A stretch of 64,000 nucleotides of DNA from NCBI GenBank assembly GCA_951406725.2, contig OX597817.1:39308001-39372000 (forward strand), read 5' to 3'. The notes beneath the pieces are model-generated. The model saw only the letters and a program-made list of their open reading frames with translations, had not been told where the DNA came from and ran no database searches. The DNA comes from Octopus vulgaris. Taxonomy: Eukaryota. The position numbers and the translations under genes are program-made. Position 1 is the first letter of the stretch. Each line of letters opens with the position of its first letter. Below are positions 43,341 to 53,945 of this stretch, in pieces.

Positions 43341-44756
43341 GGTGGTACGAGGGAACCGTAATGCTGGGAAATAAGATACGCTAAGTTTGCATGCAACAAC
43401 AGCCCTAGATTTCGCTAGACATTCTTTTAAATTACTGCGTTACGCAGTGTCCATTCTTCAAACTCATATATTTCTCTAATCACCTTCTTCTTATTGGCTG
43501 CTCTAAGTCCAAAACACGTGCCCTGCCCATCGCACCTAATGTTAGCACCTGCTACTACCAATCCCGCTAGCTCACTCCGCTGACGTCTGTTCACGGTGAG
43601 TGTGCCAGGCCGAAAGAGGACGACCCTGGTCTTGCTTCCCTCACTTCCTCTCTCCCCCTTCCTGTTCCGGTCAGGCCCCTTGATCATTGATATCACAGCC
43701 CTTTCCTTCCGGCCCATCTCATCCCTACATGTCTCCACTGATCTCAAAGATCACCTCCTCACTTCACTTGATGTCAAAATCTGCCATCCACCCCGGTGAA
43801 CGCCTCACACGCGGTGATCTCCAGAAAGAAGGAAACTCGTTCTCGTCCTCTCCTCCACCTTCATCGTCCGACGAAGCGAACATCCAAGATGTGACGCAGC
43901 ATTCCATCCACAGAAACGTTATTTTTGGAATTAACAGCCATCACTGTTCCTCTGTTCCACCGAGATGTACAGCGTACCTTCGGGGGCTTAATCTGGACTT
44001 CATCTCCCACCCCCACGAAGACAGGCCCTCTCTCTTCCGCAGGGCATTCTGATGGTTTACTAGGATGCCGCTATTCTTATCTGAATATCACTCTGTGTGG
44101 CACGGACTCTTCGGCCTGTCTTGAACGGGTGACATTGTACCAGAATACTGCTTCCAGCGATGAAATGCGCCCCCTCTCGGTCATGGTCTTGATCGTTCGA
44201 CGATGTCTTTCCACGATCTCATTTCCACTCGGCCTGTATACCGTTCTGAATAAGCGGTGCAAGTTCCACTTTATATAGGCTTCCCTCAAGCGCTGCTCGA
44301 TCCTCGTCGCGATCCTGGTCTTCCTCGTCCATCTCAAGGTATAGCGCCAACACGCTTTCCTCCAGGTACATCGTCGATGCCATGTGACCTGGCTATTACC
44401 TTGATTTTACGGATCCAGGCCACTACACCTCCTTCGCCATAGAAAGGTCTGACGGCATCGCTGCCGATCCTTATCTTTGCTGCCATCACATGAAAGGGGA
44501 CAACATAACTGGAGAAATATATTCATACAAAAGTGCCGAAATATTTGTGGTACGAGGGAAATAAGATACAGTTTACATACCTTCTCGTTGTCGGCTGTCC
44601 AGCTGTAGTAAGTCCAAAATACGTGCCCCACCCGTCGCACCTAGTGTTAGCACCTGCTACTACCAATCCCGCTAGCTCGCTCCGCTGACGTCTGTTCACG
44701 GCGAGTGCGCCAGGCCGGAAGAAGACGACCCCGGTCTGGCTTCCCTCACTTCCTCA
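43341..44756 (-). mobile_element. Internally deleted Gypsy-type LTR retrotransposon
   Basis: About 200-bp direct repeats (44545-44756 reading TG..CA on minus; about 43341-43650); PPT AGGGGGAGA next to the 3' LTR; integrase remnants YRPSGNEIVERHRRTIK..AVFWYN and the C-terminal KPPKVRCTSRWNRGTV region. Confidence 0.82.
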
Positions 44757-45702
44757 TTATTTTTCTCAGCTCATATGCACCCCCACCACAGGTTCCTATG
44801 CTCTTGTAATTTGCCCCTGCTACTAATCTACTCCCACACCACTTGATGAATCACATTTGCTTTAAGTGTTTCGAAATCAAATTTATTCATATTGTCTTGC
44901 TCACCCTGAAGTGTTAAGCATGTAATTACATCATATGCTTCAATCGAAATTTTGTTTGTTATCTAATTAAGATATACATACGGAATTTGTCCAGAAATTT
45001 CTGCGAATTAAATGTAAAGCCAAACCGGAAATGGCTTTTTCCTGTTATAAGTATCTAATGTTTGATTTTGTAGAAAGAACAAAGACAAATAAATGATAAG
45101 AGAGAGGGTATATTTATTGGTGTTTAAAGAATGAGTTATTGAAGTGAGAGGGATCAAGAATAGAGTGTCTATCGTCACAGTTAGAACATTACACATTTGA
45201 GTTAAAGTCATATAGATATATGAATTCATGGTAAACCTCGGGTTGGGTGAAGTCAAAGGTGACCGGAACTATGAATTATTATCAAATTACATTGCTTAGG
45301 TATTTCAGTGTAATTTTAAGAACATAATAATAAATTTCAAAGGGCTGTTATCAGACAACGGAAATTTACTGATAAAAGGTAGGTAGGAGTCAGTCAGAAA
45401 TGTCAACCTGAAGCCAATCACATTATTTGCCTAGCTGTTTTCGGAGACTTAAATTTAGAAAATAGGAAAAGAGTTGGGGGAAATATAATCAGCCTCGAGA
45501 AACGACAGACTGATAAGGACATTGATAGTATTGGCAGACGAAGTGACACCTTTGCTCGTTAGTATATGAAAAGAGCAAAACTTTTATAAAGAAATAAAAT
45601 CCTCATGCTCTGGTGAAGAAGTGACTTAAGGCAGACGCGACCTGAAACAAGTAAATGAGTAAAGGGAGAGGAAAAGAATATTATTGGAAGAGAAGTCGAA
45701 AG

Positions 45703-46143
45703 GGATCTTTTCGGTTTGAACGGCAGTTTTTTCTAGCGGTGTCATATGAAATTGTCACCTATAATTATGACCCTAGTATCGATCTATTGCATTTCAATTT
45801 GTTTTAGGGTTAGGGTTAGAGTTAGGGTAGTTAGGGTTAGTTAGGGTTGGGGGAAGGGTATCTTTTTTTCTTCAGAAATGTAAATAAACCCAATCTGTTT
45901 CTTAAACGAGGGACATATTCATACGGCACAGAATGTTTTCACCTCAATAGACGTCATTGATTGGTGGAAATTGCAGAAATAGAAGAAAAATAACAACAAA
46001 TATCTTACAAACTATAGAATTTTCTCAATAAAGCCAAGAGAAAGAGATGTTTTATAAACACATTCTACCAGTATACGAAGTTTAAAAGTGTTTAGTAACG
46101 TGGAAATTATTTTAAAAAACTGCCGGTCAAATCGAAAAGATCC
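45703..46143. mobile_element. Non-autonomous TIR DNA transposon (Merlin-like) with internal TTAGGG repeats
   Basis: About 30-bp TIRs GGATCTTTTCGGTTTGAACGGCAGTTTTTT / AAAAAACTGCCGGTCAAATCGAAAAGATCC; perfect 8-bp TSD GTCGAAAG (45695-45702 and 46144-46151). Confidence 0.88.
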
Positions 46144-46732
46144 GTCGAAAGTAAGGATGATGTTGGAATGATGATGATGATACATTAAAGAAGTAAATTA
46201 CAGGAGAGCAATTAATTATGAAGATGGCCATTTATTTAGTTAATTATAATATCGTTACAATATAAAATAAACGATGTTGTCTCGTTGTTTGTTTGTCTAT
46301 ACTCATTATTAGTTTGTTGCAGTAAAATACCTCCTGGTTCAATGGATTCTTGACCTGTGGGAGCTAGCTCCATTGTCTGCTGCTAGAGAGAAAGAGTGAG
46401 ATTTGTATTGTCAAACAGGGAATATAAGCGATGTGTTGTCTCTCTCTTCACTCAGTACCGGAATGCTCATTGATCCAAGGTAGTGATCAAAAAGGCTGAT
46501 CGCAACCCTTCAATGGATATTTATAAAGTTTGGCAACTAAAGTAGGTCAACCCAAAACAAAGGATTGACCTTCCCCTGATCAGAGAAGGCCTCAGAGATC
46601 AACTCATTTTCATTAATCTCCAAGTAAAAACCGGAAGTTTATCCGACAATTAATAAAATGTGGATTCGGTTTCAAATCCTCTTTGCTACTGTAGTTGGTC
46701 TCTGAATATATTGCCTACTATATAATTATACT

Positions 46733-47046
46733 GGAGGCACATGGGCTGGTGATTAGAGCAGCGGACTCGCGGTCGAGGGATCGCGGGTTCGAATCTCAGA
46801 TCGGGTGATGTGTGTGTTTATGAGCGAAACACCTAAGCTCCACGCGGCTCCAGCAGAAGGTACTGGTGAACTTCTGCTGACTCTTTCGCCACAACTTTTT
46901 CTCACTCTTTCTTTCCTGCTGCATTTTGCAGCTCACCTGCGACCGACCGGCGTCCCGTCCAGGTGGGGAACCTATACGCCAAGGAAACCGGGAAACCGGC
47001 CCTTATTTGCCAGGCGTGGCTCGAGAAGGAACAAACAACAACAACA
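46733..47046 (+). mobile_element. SINE family R variant with (CAA)n tail
   Basis: tRNA-like head homologous to 16798. Confidence 0.78.
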
Positions 47047-47480
47047 ATATAGTTATACTACACAATTATAGATGCCATCGACATCAAGTCCTAAATCAAT
47101 AAATTCTGGCTAACATCTCAGCATTTTACTGTAACTGAAAAGCTGTGAAGAAACTGAACGAAATAGATGGAAAATAATAATTAACAACATCTACTAGTTG
47201 CATTTGTCATCTAGAAACTCGGAAAGGGATAACCTAGATTTTCTTTATCTTAATCATTCATTTTCAAAAAGATTTTGGATAATAATCTGGGTTGTAATTT
47301 AAATATTTCGTTGTCTGTAACAGCAGTGTAAGTTGCAATAAATTGTGACAACTATCGAAGTTAGATGTTCGTAAAAAATTCGGAGACCGTATTTACTCTA
47401 TATAATGTAAATGTAGCTTATACACTCATTTATGATCAATCTTCTACCTTTTATCGTGCACACACACACACACACTACAT

Positions 47481-47557
<77 letters not shown>

Positions 47558-47789
47558 TTTATTTCTTTATTGCCCACAAGGGGCTGAACATAGAGGGGAC
47601 AAACAAGGACAGACAAAGGGATTAAGTTGATTACATCTACCCCAGTGCGTAACTGGTACTTAATTTATCGACCCCGAAAGGATGACAGGCAAAGTCGACC
47701 TCGGCGGAATTTGAACTCAGAACGTAGCGGCAGACGAAATACCGCTAAGTATTTCGCCCAGCGTGCTTACGATTCTGCCAGCTCGCCGC
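47558..47789 (-). mobile_element. SINE family M monomer with Tx1-like tail, inside (TCTA)n
   Basis: Full head and tail; TCTA repeats on both sides. Confidence 0.88.
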
Positions 47790-47817
47790 TCTCTATCTAT
47801 CTATCTGTCTATCTATC

Positions 47818-47973
47818 TTTCCTTTTATCCCCCCCTTTTTGCTTTCCTCTTTCTTTCCTTTTACGACCCCTTTTCATTGAAAACCAAATCCCCTTTTTTA
47901 TCCCCAAAAAGAAAAGCTCTACTTTGTAATTTGTTCCGTCTGTGTGCAGCCCTGTGTGGCTAATAAAGAAACA
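47818..47973 (+). mobile_element. Short 3'-end copy of the Tx1-like LINE in (TCTA)n
   Basis: AAAAGAAAAGCTCTACTTTGTAATTTGTTCCGTCTGTGTGCAGCCCTGTGTGGCTAATAAAGAAACA is nearly identical to 31612-31680. Confidence 0.9.
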
Positions 47974-48158
47974 TATCTATCTATCTATCTATATATATAT
48001 ATATATAGTGACGTATATTTGCCATCTCAATATGGCTACCCCTAAGGGTGGATGCTACTGTAGTTTTTAGCCCCAGGAGGACACACTCCTCCAGCTGGCC
48101 ATAGACACACTTTCTGTGTCCTGTCAGTATTTGCAAAGGAAGTCATCCTTCCCGTCTT

Positions 48159-48228
48159 CAACTTATGATACACACGGACTCGAGTTTCGAGGTATTGACC
48201 TCTCGTCAGCGTGTGACAATCACAGTTG
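48159..48228 (-). ncRNA. Type I hammerhead ribozyme, copy 1
   Basis: Minus strand CACACG-CTGACGA-GAGGT-CAAT-ACCTC-GAAAC-TCGA-GTC^CGTGTG: intact core, 6-bp stem I extended past an internal loop (CAACTGTGAT/ATCATAAGTTG), 5-bp stem II, short palindromic stem III. Predicted cleavage between 48177 and 48176. Confidence 0.93.
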
Positions 48229-48510
48229 TCGGCGAGAATTAGATTTCCTTCACAAATACTTATACTTTTTCCAGCGTCCACTGTCGCTGATATTGAAAAA
48301 GTGAAATCAAACAATGATAAATATCAAAGTGAGTTATATACAGTAGCGGTAACACATCGTGACGTATATTTGCCATCTCAATATGGCTACCCCTAAGGGT
48401 GGATGCTACTGTAGTTTTTAGCCCCAGGAGGACACACTCCTCCAGCTGGCCATAGACACACTTTCTGTGTCCTGTCAGTATTTGCAAAGGGAAGTCATCC
48501 TTCCCGTCTT

Positions 48511-48580
48511 CAACTTATGATACACACGGACTCGAGTTTCGAGGTATTGACCTCTCGTCAGCGTGTGACAATCACAGTTG
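48511..48580 (-). ncRNA. Type I hammerhead ribozyme, copy 2
   Basis: Identical to copy 1; predicted cleavage between 48529 and 48528. Confidence 0.93.
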
Positions 48581-48750
48581 TCGGCGAGAATTAGATTTCC
48601 TTCACAAATACTTATACTTTTTCCAGCGTCCACTGTCGCTGATATTGAAAAAGTGAAATCAAACAATGATAAATATCAAAGTGAGTTATATACAGTAGCG
48701 GTAACACATCGTGACGTATATTTGCCATCTCAATATGGCTACCCCTAAGG

Positions 48751-48811
<61 letters not shown>

Positions 48812-49434
48812 AATTATGTATTCTTTAGCTTCATGTATCAACTGTATTTAAGCATCTCAGAAGATGTATAAATGTATCACAAAGTAGGTTGTTTTTACTA
48901 GCTATAAAATGAAACCAAGACGTTCGGTGAAAATAAAACATGTTCCTCGAATTGTTAAAAAGAAACGACAACGATTTTCTATTAAAATATACGAGCGCAT
49001 AGTGTGGTTAGAAATGATTACAATCAAAGCACGCAAATCAACAAACACAGATAAACATCAACATTTACATACATTCACACACACGCACACACACGTACGC
49101 CTTCGCCTACATATATAAACATATCAAAAACATACTCATTTATACATGGATCTAGACATTCGCATGACTTAGACAAACATATTAAACAGCAACTTCAGGT
49201 TTTCGAGGAGTGAAATAAAAACAGAATTCAAGTGATTACAAGATAGGAGTTTTCAGTTTATGAAAATATTCCTGTTGCAGATATTAGTGATTATGAGATT
49301 TAGTATTAATCTACACACCAATCTTTGTGTATTTTGTTGCTTGTGTAAATTGTTGGGTTACTTGGAAGGAAAAAGTTGAAACAAGAAAACAAATTTAAAA
49401 TGGCGGAGTTACTATTTAGATAATGTAATACTTT

Positions 49435-49833
49435 TTTTTTTTTTTACTCTTGACACAAGGCCTGAAGTTTTTGGAGACGGGTCAGTCGATTAGATCGACT
49501 CCAGTATGCAACTGGTACTTAATTTATCGACCCCGAAAGGATGAAAGGCAAAGTCGACCTCGGCGGAATTTGAACTCAGAACATAAAGACAGACTAGATA
49601 TCTATTTCTTTATTACCCACAAGGGGCTAAACATAGAGGGGACAAGCAAGGACAGACAAAGGGATTAAGTTGATTACATCGACCCTAGTGCGTAACTGGT
49701 ACTTATTTAATCGACCTCGAAAGGATAAAAGGCAAAGTCGACCTCGGCGGAATTTGAACTCAGAATGTAACGGCAGGCGAAATACCGCTAAGCATTTCGC
49801 CCGGCATGCTAACGTGTCTGCCAGCTCACCGCC
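49435..49833 (-). mobile_element. SINE family M dimer with mixed tails
   Basis: TSD of about 23 bp, CTATTTAGATAATGTAATACTTT, at 49412-49434 and 49836-49858. Confidence 0.9.
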
Positions 49834-50111
49834 TTCTATTTAGATAATGTAATACTTTCATCCATTTGTTAATTGGTAAATTAAATTGAATAGTTAGTAT
49901 GTTATTTGATTGAGTGTTAATAAATTAATAAAATGATTGTTTCAATAACAGGCATGGATGTGTAGATAAGAAGTTCGCTTTGCAATCATATTCCGTTCCA
50001 TGTGCGACTTATTGGGTAATGCCTTCTACTATAGGTCCGGGTTAACCAATGCGTTGTGAGTAAATTTAGTAGACGGAACTTCGTGGAAGCCTCTCTATAT
50101 ATATGCACAAA

Positions 50112-50142
<31 letters not shown>

Positions 50143-50402
50143 GCACGCACAGGTAAGCAGAGTTAGCGGTTATAGTAACCGATTAAGGGATTAAATATCC
50201 GTATTTACTAAATGGAAATACCCCGAAAAAATAAATCTTTTCTCTAGACCAATGCTAGATCATTCTTCAGCCTACCGACTTCGACACCCCATTATGAAAG
50301 ATTGTATGATTTTAATATATTAGGCCTCCAGGTTTCTTCTCTGGGCCACGTTTTCTTTCATATTCCCTCTTTCTTTTGTTTACTTTTCGGACGCCTTTAT
50401 AT

Positions 50403-50500
50403 TCACTCTGATGAAGCTCCATGTTCTCGTCCGAATATGCTATGAAGATGAAGACTAATATTTTCGCAATTCTTTCGTAGGCAGAAACAGCCGTAAGAAT
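50403..50500 (+). ncRNA. Possible degenerate hammerhead with long stem-II insert
   Basis: CT-CTGATGA-AGC..(about 65 nt)..GGCA-GAAAC-AGCC-GTA-AG; helices imperfect. Confidence 0.35.
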
Positions 50501-50606
50501 TGTTATGTCACATAAATGTTATGTTATGTCATGTTTTGTATTAAATAATAAGCTACGGATGTGGTCCAATTGATTTGTTGATCTAAGTTTTCCTCCATTT
50601 GCTAAT

Positions 50607-50667
<61 letters not shown>

Positions 50668-50756
50668 ATGCTCAGTTATAATAAAAACAATTTTGAATTA
50701 ATTTGATGCGTTGCCCTATCTTTATAGAGTACAAATTTATTATTCTTATTCAAAAA

Positions 50757-50849
50757 TGTTGTTGACAGCGACTTCGAAGCTTCGTACAGCTAAGCCATCG
50801 TCGGACGATGGCTTAGCTGGCCGAAACTTCGAAGTCACTATCAACAACA
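50757..50849. repeat. 93-bp palindrome made of two inverted hammerhead-like motifs
   Basis: 46-bp arms with 5 mismatches around 50803; + strand reads CGGACGA-T-GGC-TTAGCTG-GCC-GAAAC-TTCGAA-GTC. Confidence 0.8.
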
Positions 50850-51589
50850 ACAACAACAACAACAACAATAACACGCATACATATGTGTGTGCGTGTATGT
50901 GTGCATGCGTGTGTGTGTGTGTGTGTGTATGTGTATTTGTCCCTCCCCACCGCTTGACAACCGGTCTTGGTTTGTTTACGCCTCCGTATCTTCCCGGTTT
51001 GGCAGAGAATACGTAACAAGCTTTACAAAATAAACATAAGTACTGGAGTGCCCCAGCATGGACATAGTCTAATGACTGCAACATGTAAAAGATAAAAGAA
51101 TCTGAATGAGTCTGGCTGATATATCTCATCCATAAGTTATTTCCAAAACATTTTCATCCCACATACTTATCGTTAGATGAATTGCAAAGATAGTGAATTT
51201 GCTAACATGGCAGCTTTCCGGGCTTATGGCATTTAGTTTCCCCGAGTTTATTGATTCTTTCGAAACAGACAGGATAAATGCCAGTCTTGTATTTGGATTT
51301 ATTCAATAAATTATAACAGTAGCGTCGTGATATGTTAGTGTAAAGAATTACCAAATTTATTGTTAGTAATTCTTTTACTTGTTTCAGTGATTGAATTTCG
51401 ACCCTGTTGGGTCATTACCTTAGTCAATAACATCGACTACCAGTAATTATTTCAGTGTGGTATTTTCTGGATATCTGTTTATCCAACCGCTAAGTTATGC
51501 TTTTCGATGTGGCAGTGGCTGTAAAAAAATAAGGACGCTTTGTCAAACACATAAACATAAAGCACTCACACGGGCACACACGCACGCAT

Positions 51590-51623
<34 letters not shown>

Positions 51624-51872
51624 CTATCCATCCATCTATGGCAACGAATTGACTGAGTCGTTAGAGTGTCGGATAGGTCGCTGTGCAGTAACCGTTCCGG
51701 CTCATATCGGAATATATGTACAGCTGTGTTTGCATCGCAAACAGTTTAGATCCTGCTGACGTCAGAACTAGAGAGGAATGGTACTTGTGAGAGCTAAAAA
51801 CGGCGAAGACAGCAAAACGCTCCAACGGCGCACCTACGATTTCATAAAGGAGTTGAAGGCACAAGGCAAGTC

Positions 51873-51903
<31 letters not shown>

Positions 51904-52029
51904 TGTATGTATGTATGTATGTATGTATGTATGTATGTATGTATGTATGTTTGCATGTATGCATGAATGTATGCATGTATGTATATTGGCTGCTAGGGCA
52001 CATTATATGTTTGTATGAACATGTATATA

Positions 52030-52250
52030 GCAAAAAATGAATACAATAAACAACAAAAGTTCAAGGGACGTTCACTGTTAATAGTATTAGGTTACCGATC
52101 AAGGAAGAATGGAAAGGGTAATTGGTCATAGAGTAAAAGTTATAACGTTTCGGAGACAGTCTTTCTTCGGATACAAGAGAAAGTCTAAGAGAAACAGGGA
52201 AAATAAGGAAAAGAAAGATGAAAAAGAAGAGAGCCAAGGAAAAATGCACG
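52030..52250 (-). mobile_element. Penelope-like terminal-repeat fragment with degenerate minimal hammerhead (52142-52173)
   Basis: Minus strand TAT-CCGAAGA-AAGACTGTCTCC-GAAAC-GTT-ATA, lying between microsatellites. Confidence 0.4.
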
Positions 52251-52257
52251 TTGATTG

Positions 52258-52332
<75 letters not shown>

Positions 52333-52399
52333 GTCTGTCTGTCTGTCTGTCTGTCTACTTATCTATCTACCTATCTATCTATCTGTCTGTCTGTCTACT

Positions 52400-52442
<43 letters not shown>

Positions 52443-52443
52443 C

Positions 52444-52556
<113 letters not shown>

Positions 52557-52644
52557 ATTTCTATCTATTTACCTACCTGCCTAACTACCTCCCCCTCCCT
52601 ATCTGTCTGTCTATCTATCTGCCTGCCTGCCTACCTACCTTCCT

Positions 52645-52691
<47 letters not shown>

Positions 52692-53038
52692 ATCTATCTA
52701 TCTATGCTACAGGCTACATTTTCTCATAGTACTTATGTTTCGTAATATGACACAGATTGCAGTTAAATATCATATTTACATACACAATGATATTTACAAT
52801 TCACATTATGATGCCGATTGTAGTTATATCTCATAATATAACATTGTTGCATGTTAAAGCGTCATTCAAAACCTTTTCAAAATTTGATAGATTTCGATTT
52901 ACCACACTTGCTACATTTTATACTCCTTTGAAGAATATAATTTACAACAATATTAACATGCTGTTGTATTTCGAGAGGGTCATTATGCCAATGATTAACA
53001 CATGCACTGGTTCTACTTCACTTCTTTTAATATTTTCA

Positions 53039-53275
53039 TTAACCAATTGTTTAACCATCTAACCAGTTTATTAATCGATTGTTTGATTATTCTTTCGGTC
53101 AGTCAATCAATTGGTTGGGTTGGTCAAAATCGTTTCGTTGTCATTCACGACTTCGTGAATGACATACCCTCTCTACTTCAGGTCTTTGAAAAATCTAACC
53201 GTTTCATTGACTGACCGAACGATTAATCAAAGAATCGATTAATTAACTGGCTAAGTGGTTAACCAGTTGACTAAT
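53039..53275. repeat. Long imperfect inverted repeat (MITE-like hairpin)
   Basis: TAACCAGTTTATTAATCGATTGTTTGATTATTCTTTCGGTCAGTCAAT pairs with ATTGACTGACCGAACGATTAATCAAAGAATCGATTAATTAACTGGCTA. Confidence 0.75.
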
Positions 53276-53469
53276 AACAACAACAACAACAACAACAACA
53301 ACAATAATAAAAGAAGTGAAAGAGAACCCGTGTGTATTTATAATTGGTATATTAACCCTTCCGAGAGACAACACAATACATTTCAATGCATGAATTCACA
53401 TCAAGAATCTTACAAACCGAATAATAACAATTTTTCATCAACCGATGCTGTTTGTAATTCGCATTAATA

Positions 53470-53645
53470 TTGGTTTCAAATTTTGGCGCAAAGCAAGCAA
53501 CTTCGTGTAAGGGAATAAGCCAATTTCATCGACCCCAAGGATGGAAGGCCTAGTCGATCTCGGTCGATCTTAGAACGTAAAGACGGACGAAATGCCGCGA
53601 AGCATTTCGCCCGGCGTGCTAATGATTCTGCCAGTTCGCCGTCTT
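53470..53645 (-). mobile_element. SINE family M, internally deleted
   Basis: Head and tail homology. Confidence 0.7.
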
Positions 53646-53659
53646 AGCTTGCATTACAA

Positions 53660-53871
53660 CTCTTTTACTCTTTTACTCGTTTCAAGTCATTTGACTGTCG
53701 CCATGCTGGAGCACCGCCTTTAGTCGAGCAAATCGACCCCAGGACTTATTCTTTGTAAGCCTATTACTTATTCTATCGGTCTATTAGACCGAACCGCTAA
53801 GTTACGGGGACGTAAACACACGATCATCGGTTGCCAAGCGATGTTGGGGGGATAAACAGGGCACACAAACG

Positions 53872-53945
<74 letters not shown>

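Larger units (their letters stand above)
48008..48751 (-). mobile_element. Retrozyme-like tandem array: 2.1 copies of a 351/352-bp unit, one hammerhead ribozyme per unit, inserted in (TA)n
   Basis: Units start at 48008, 48359 and 48711 (GTGACGTATATTTGCC); the only difference I could see is a 1-nt indel; (TA)n on both flanks; no credible protein. Confidence 0.88.

Noticed and set aside
45804-45848. True telomere or chromosome fusion site
   Set aside because: Short, degenerate and internal to a TSD-flanked transposon.
48042-48666. ORFs in the 351-bp repeat and possible endless rolling-circle translation (351 is divisible by 3)
   Set aside because: The listed frames end in stops, use non-ATG starts and show no recognisable domain; the cut-to-cut monomer here is 352 nt.
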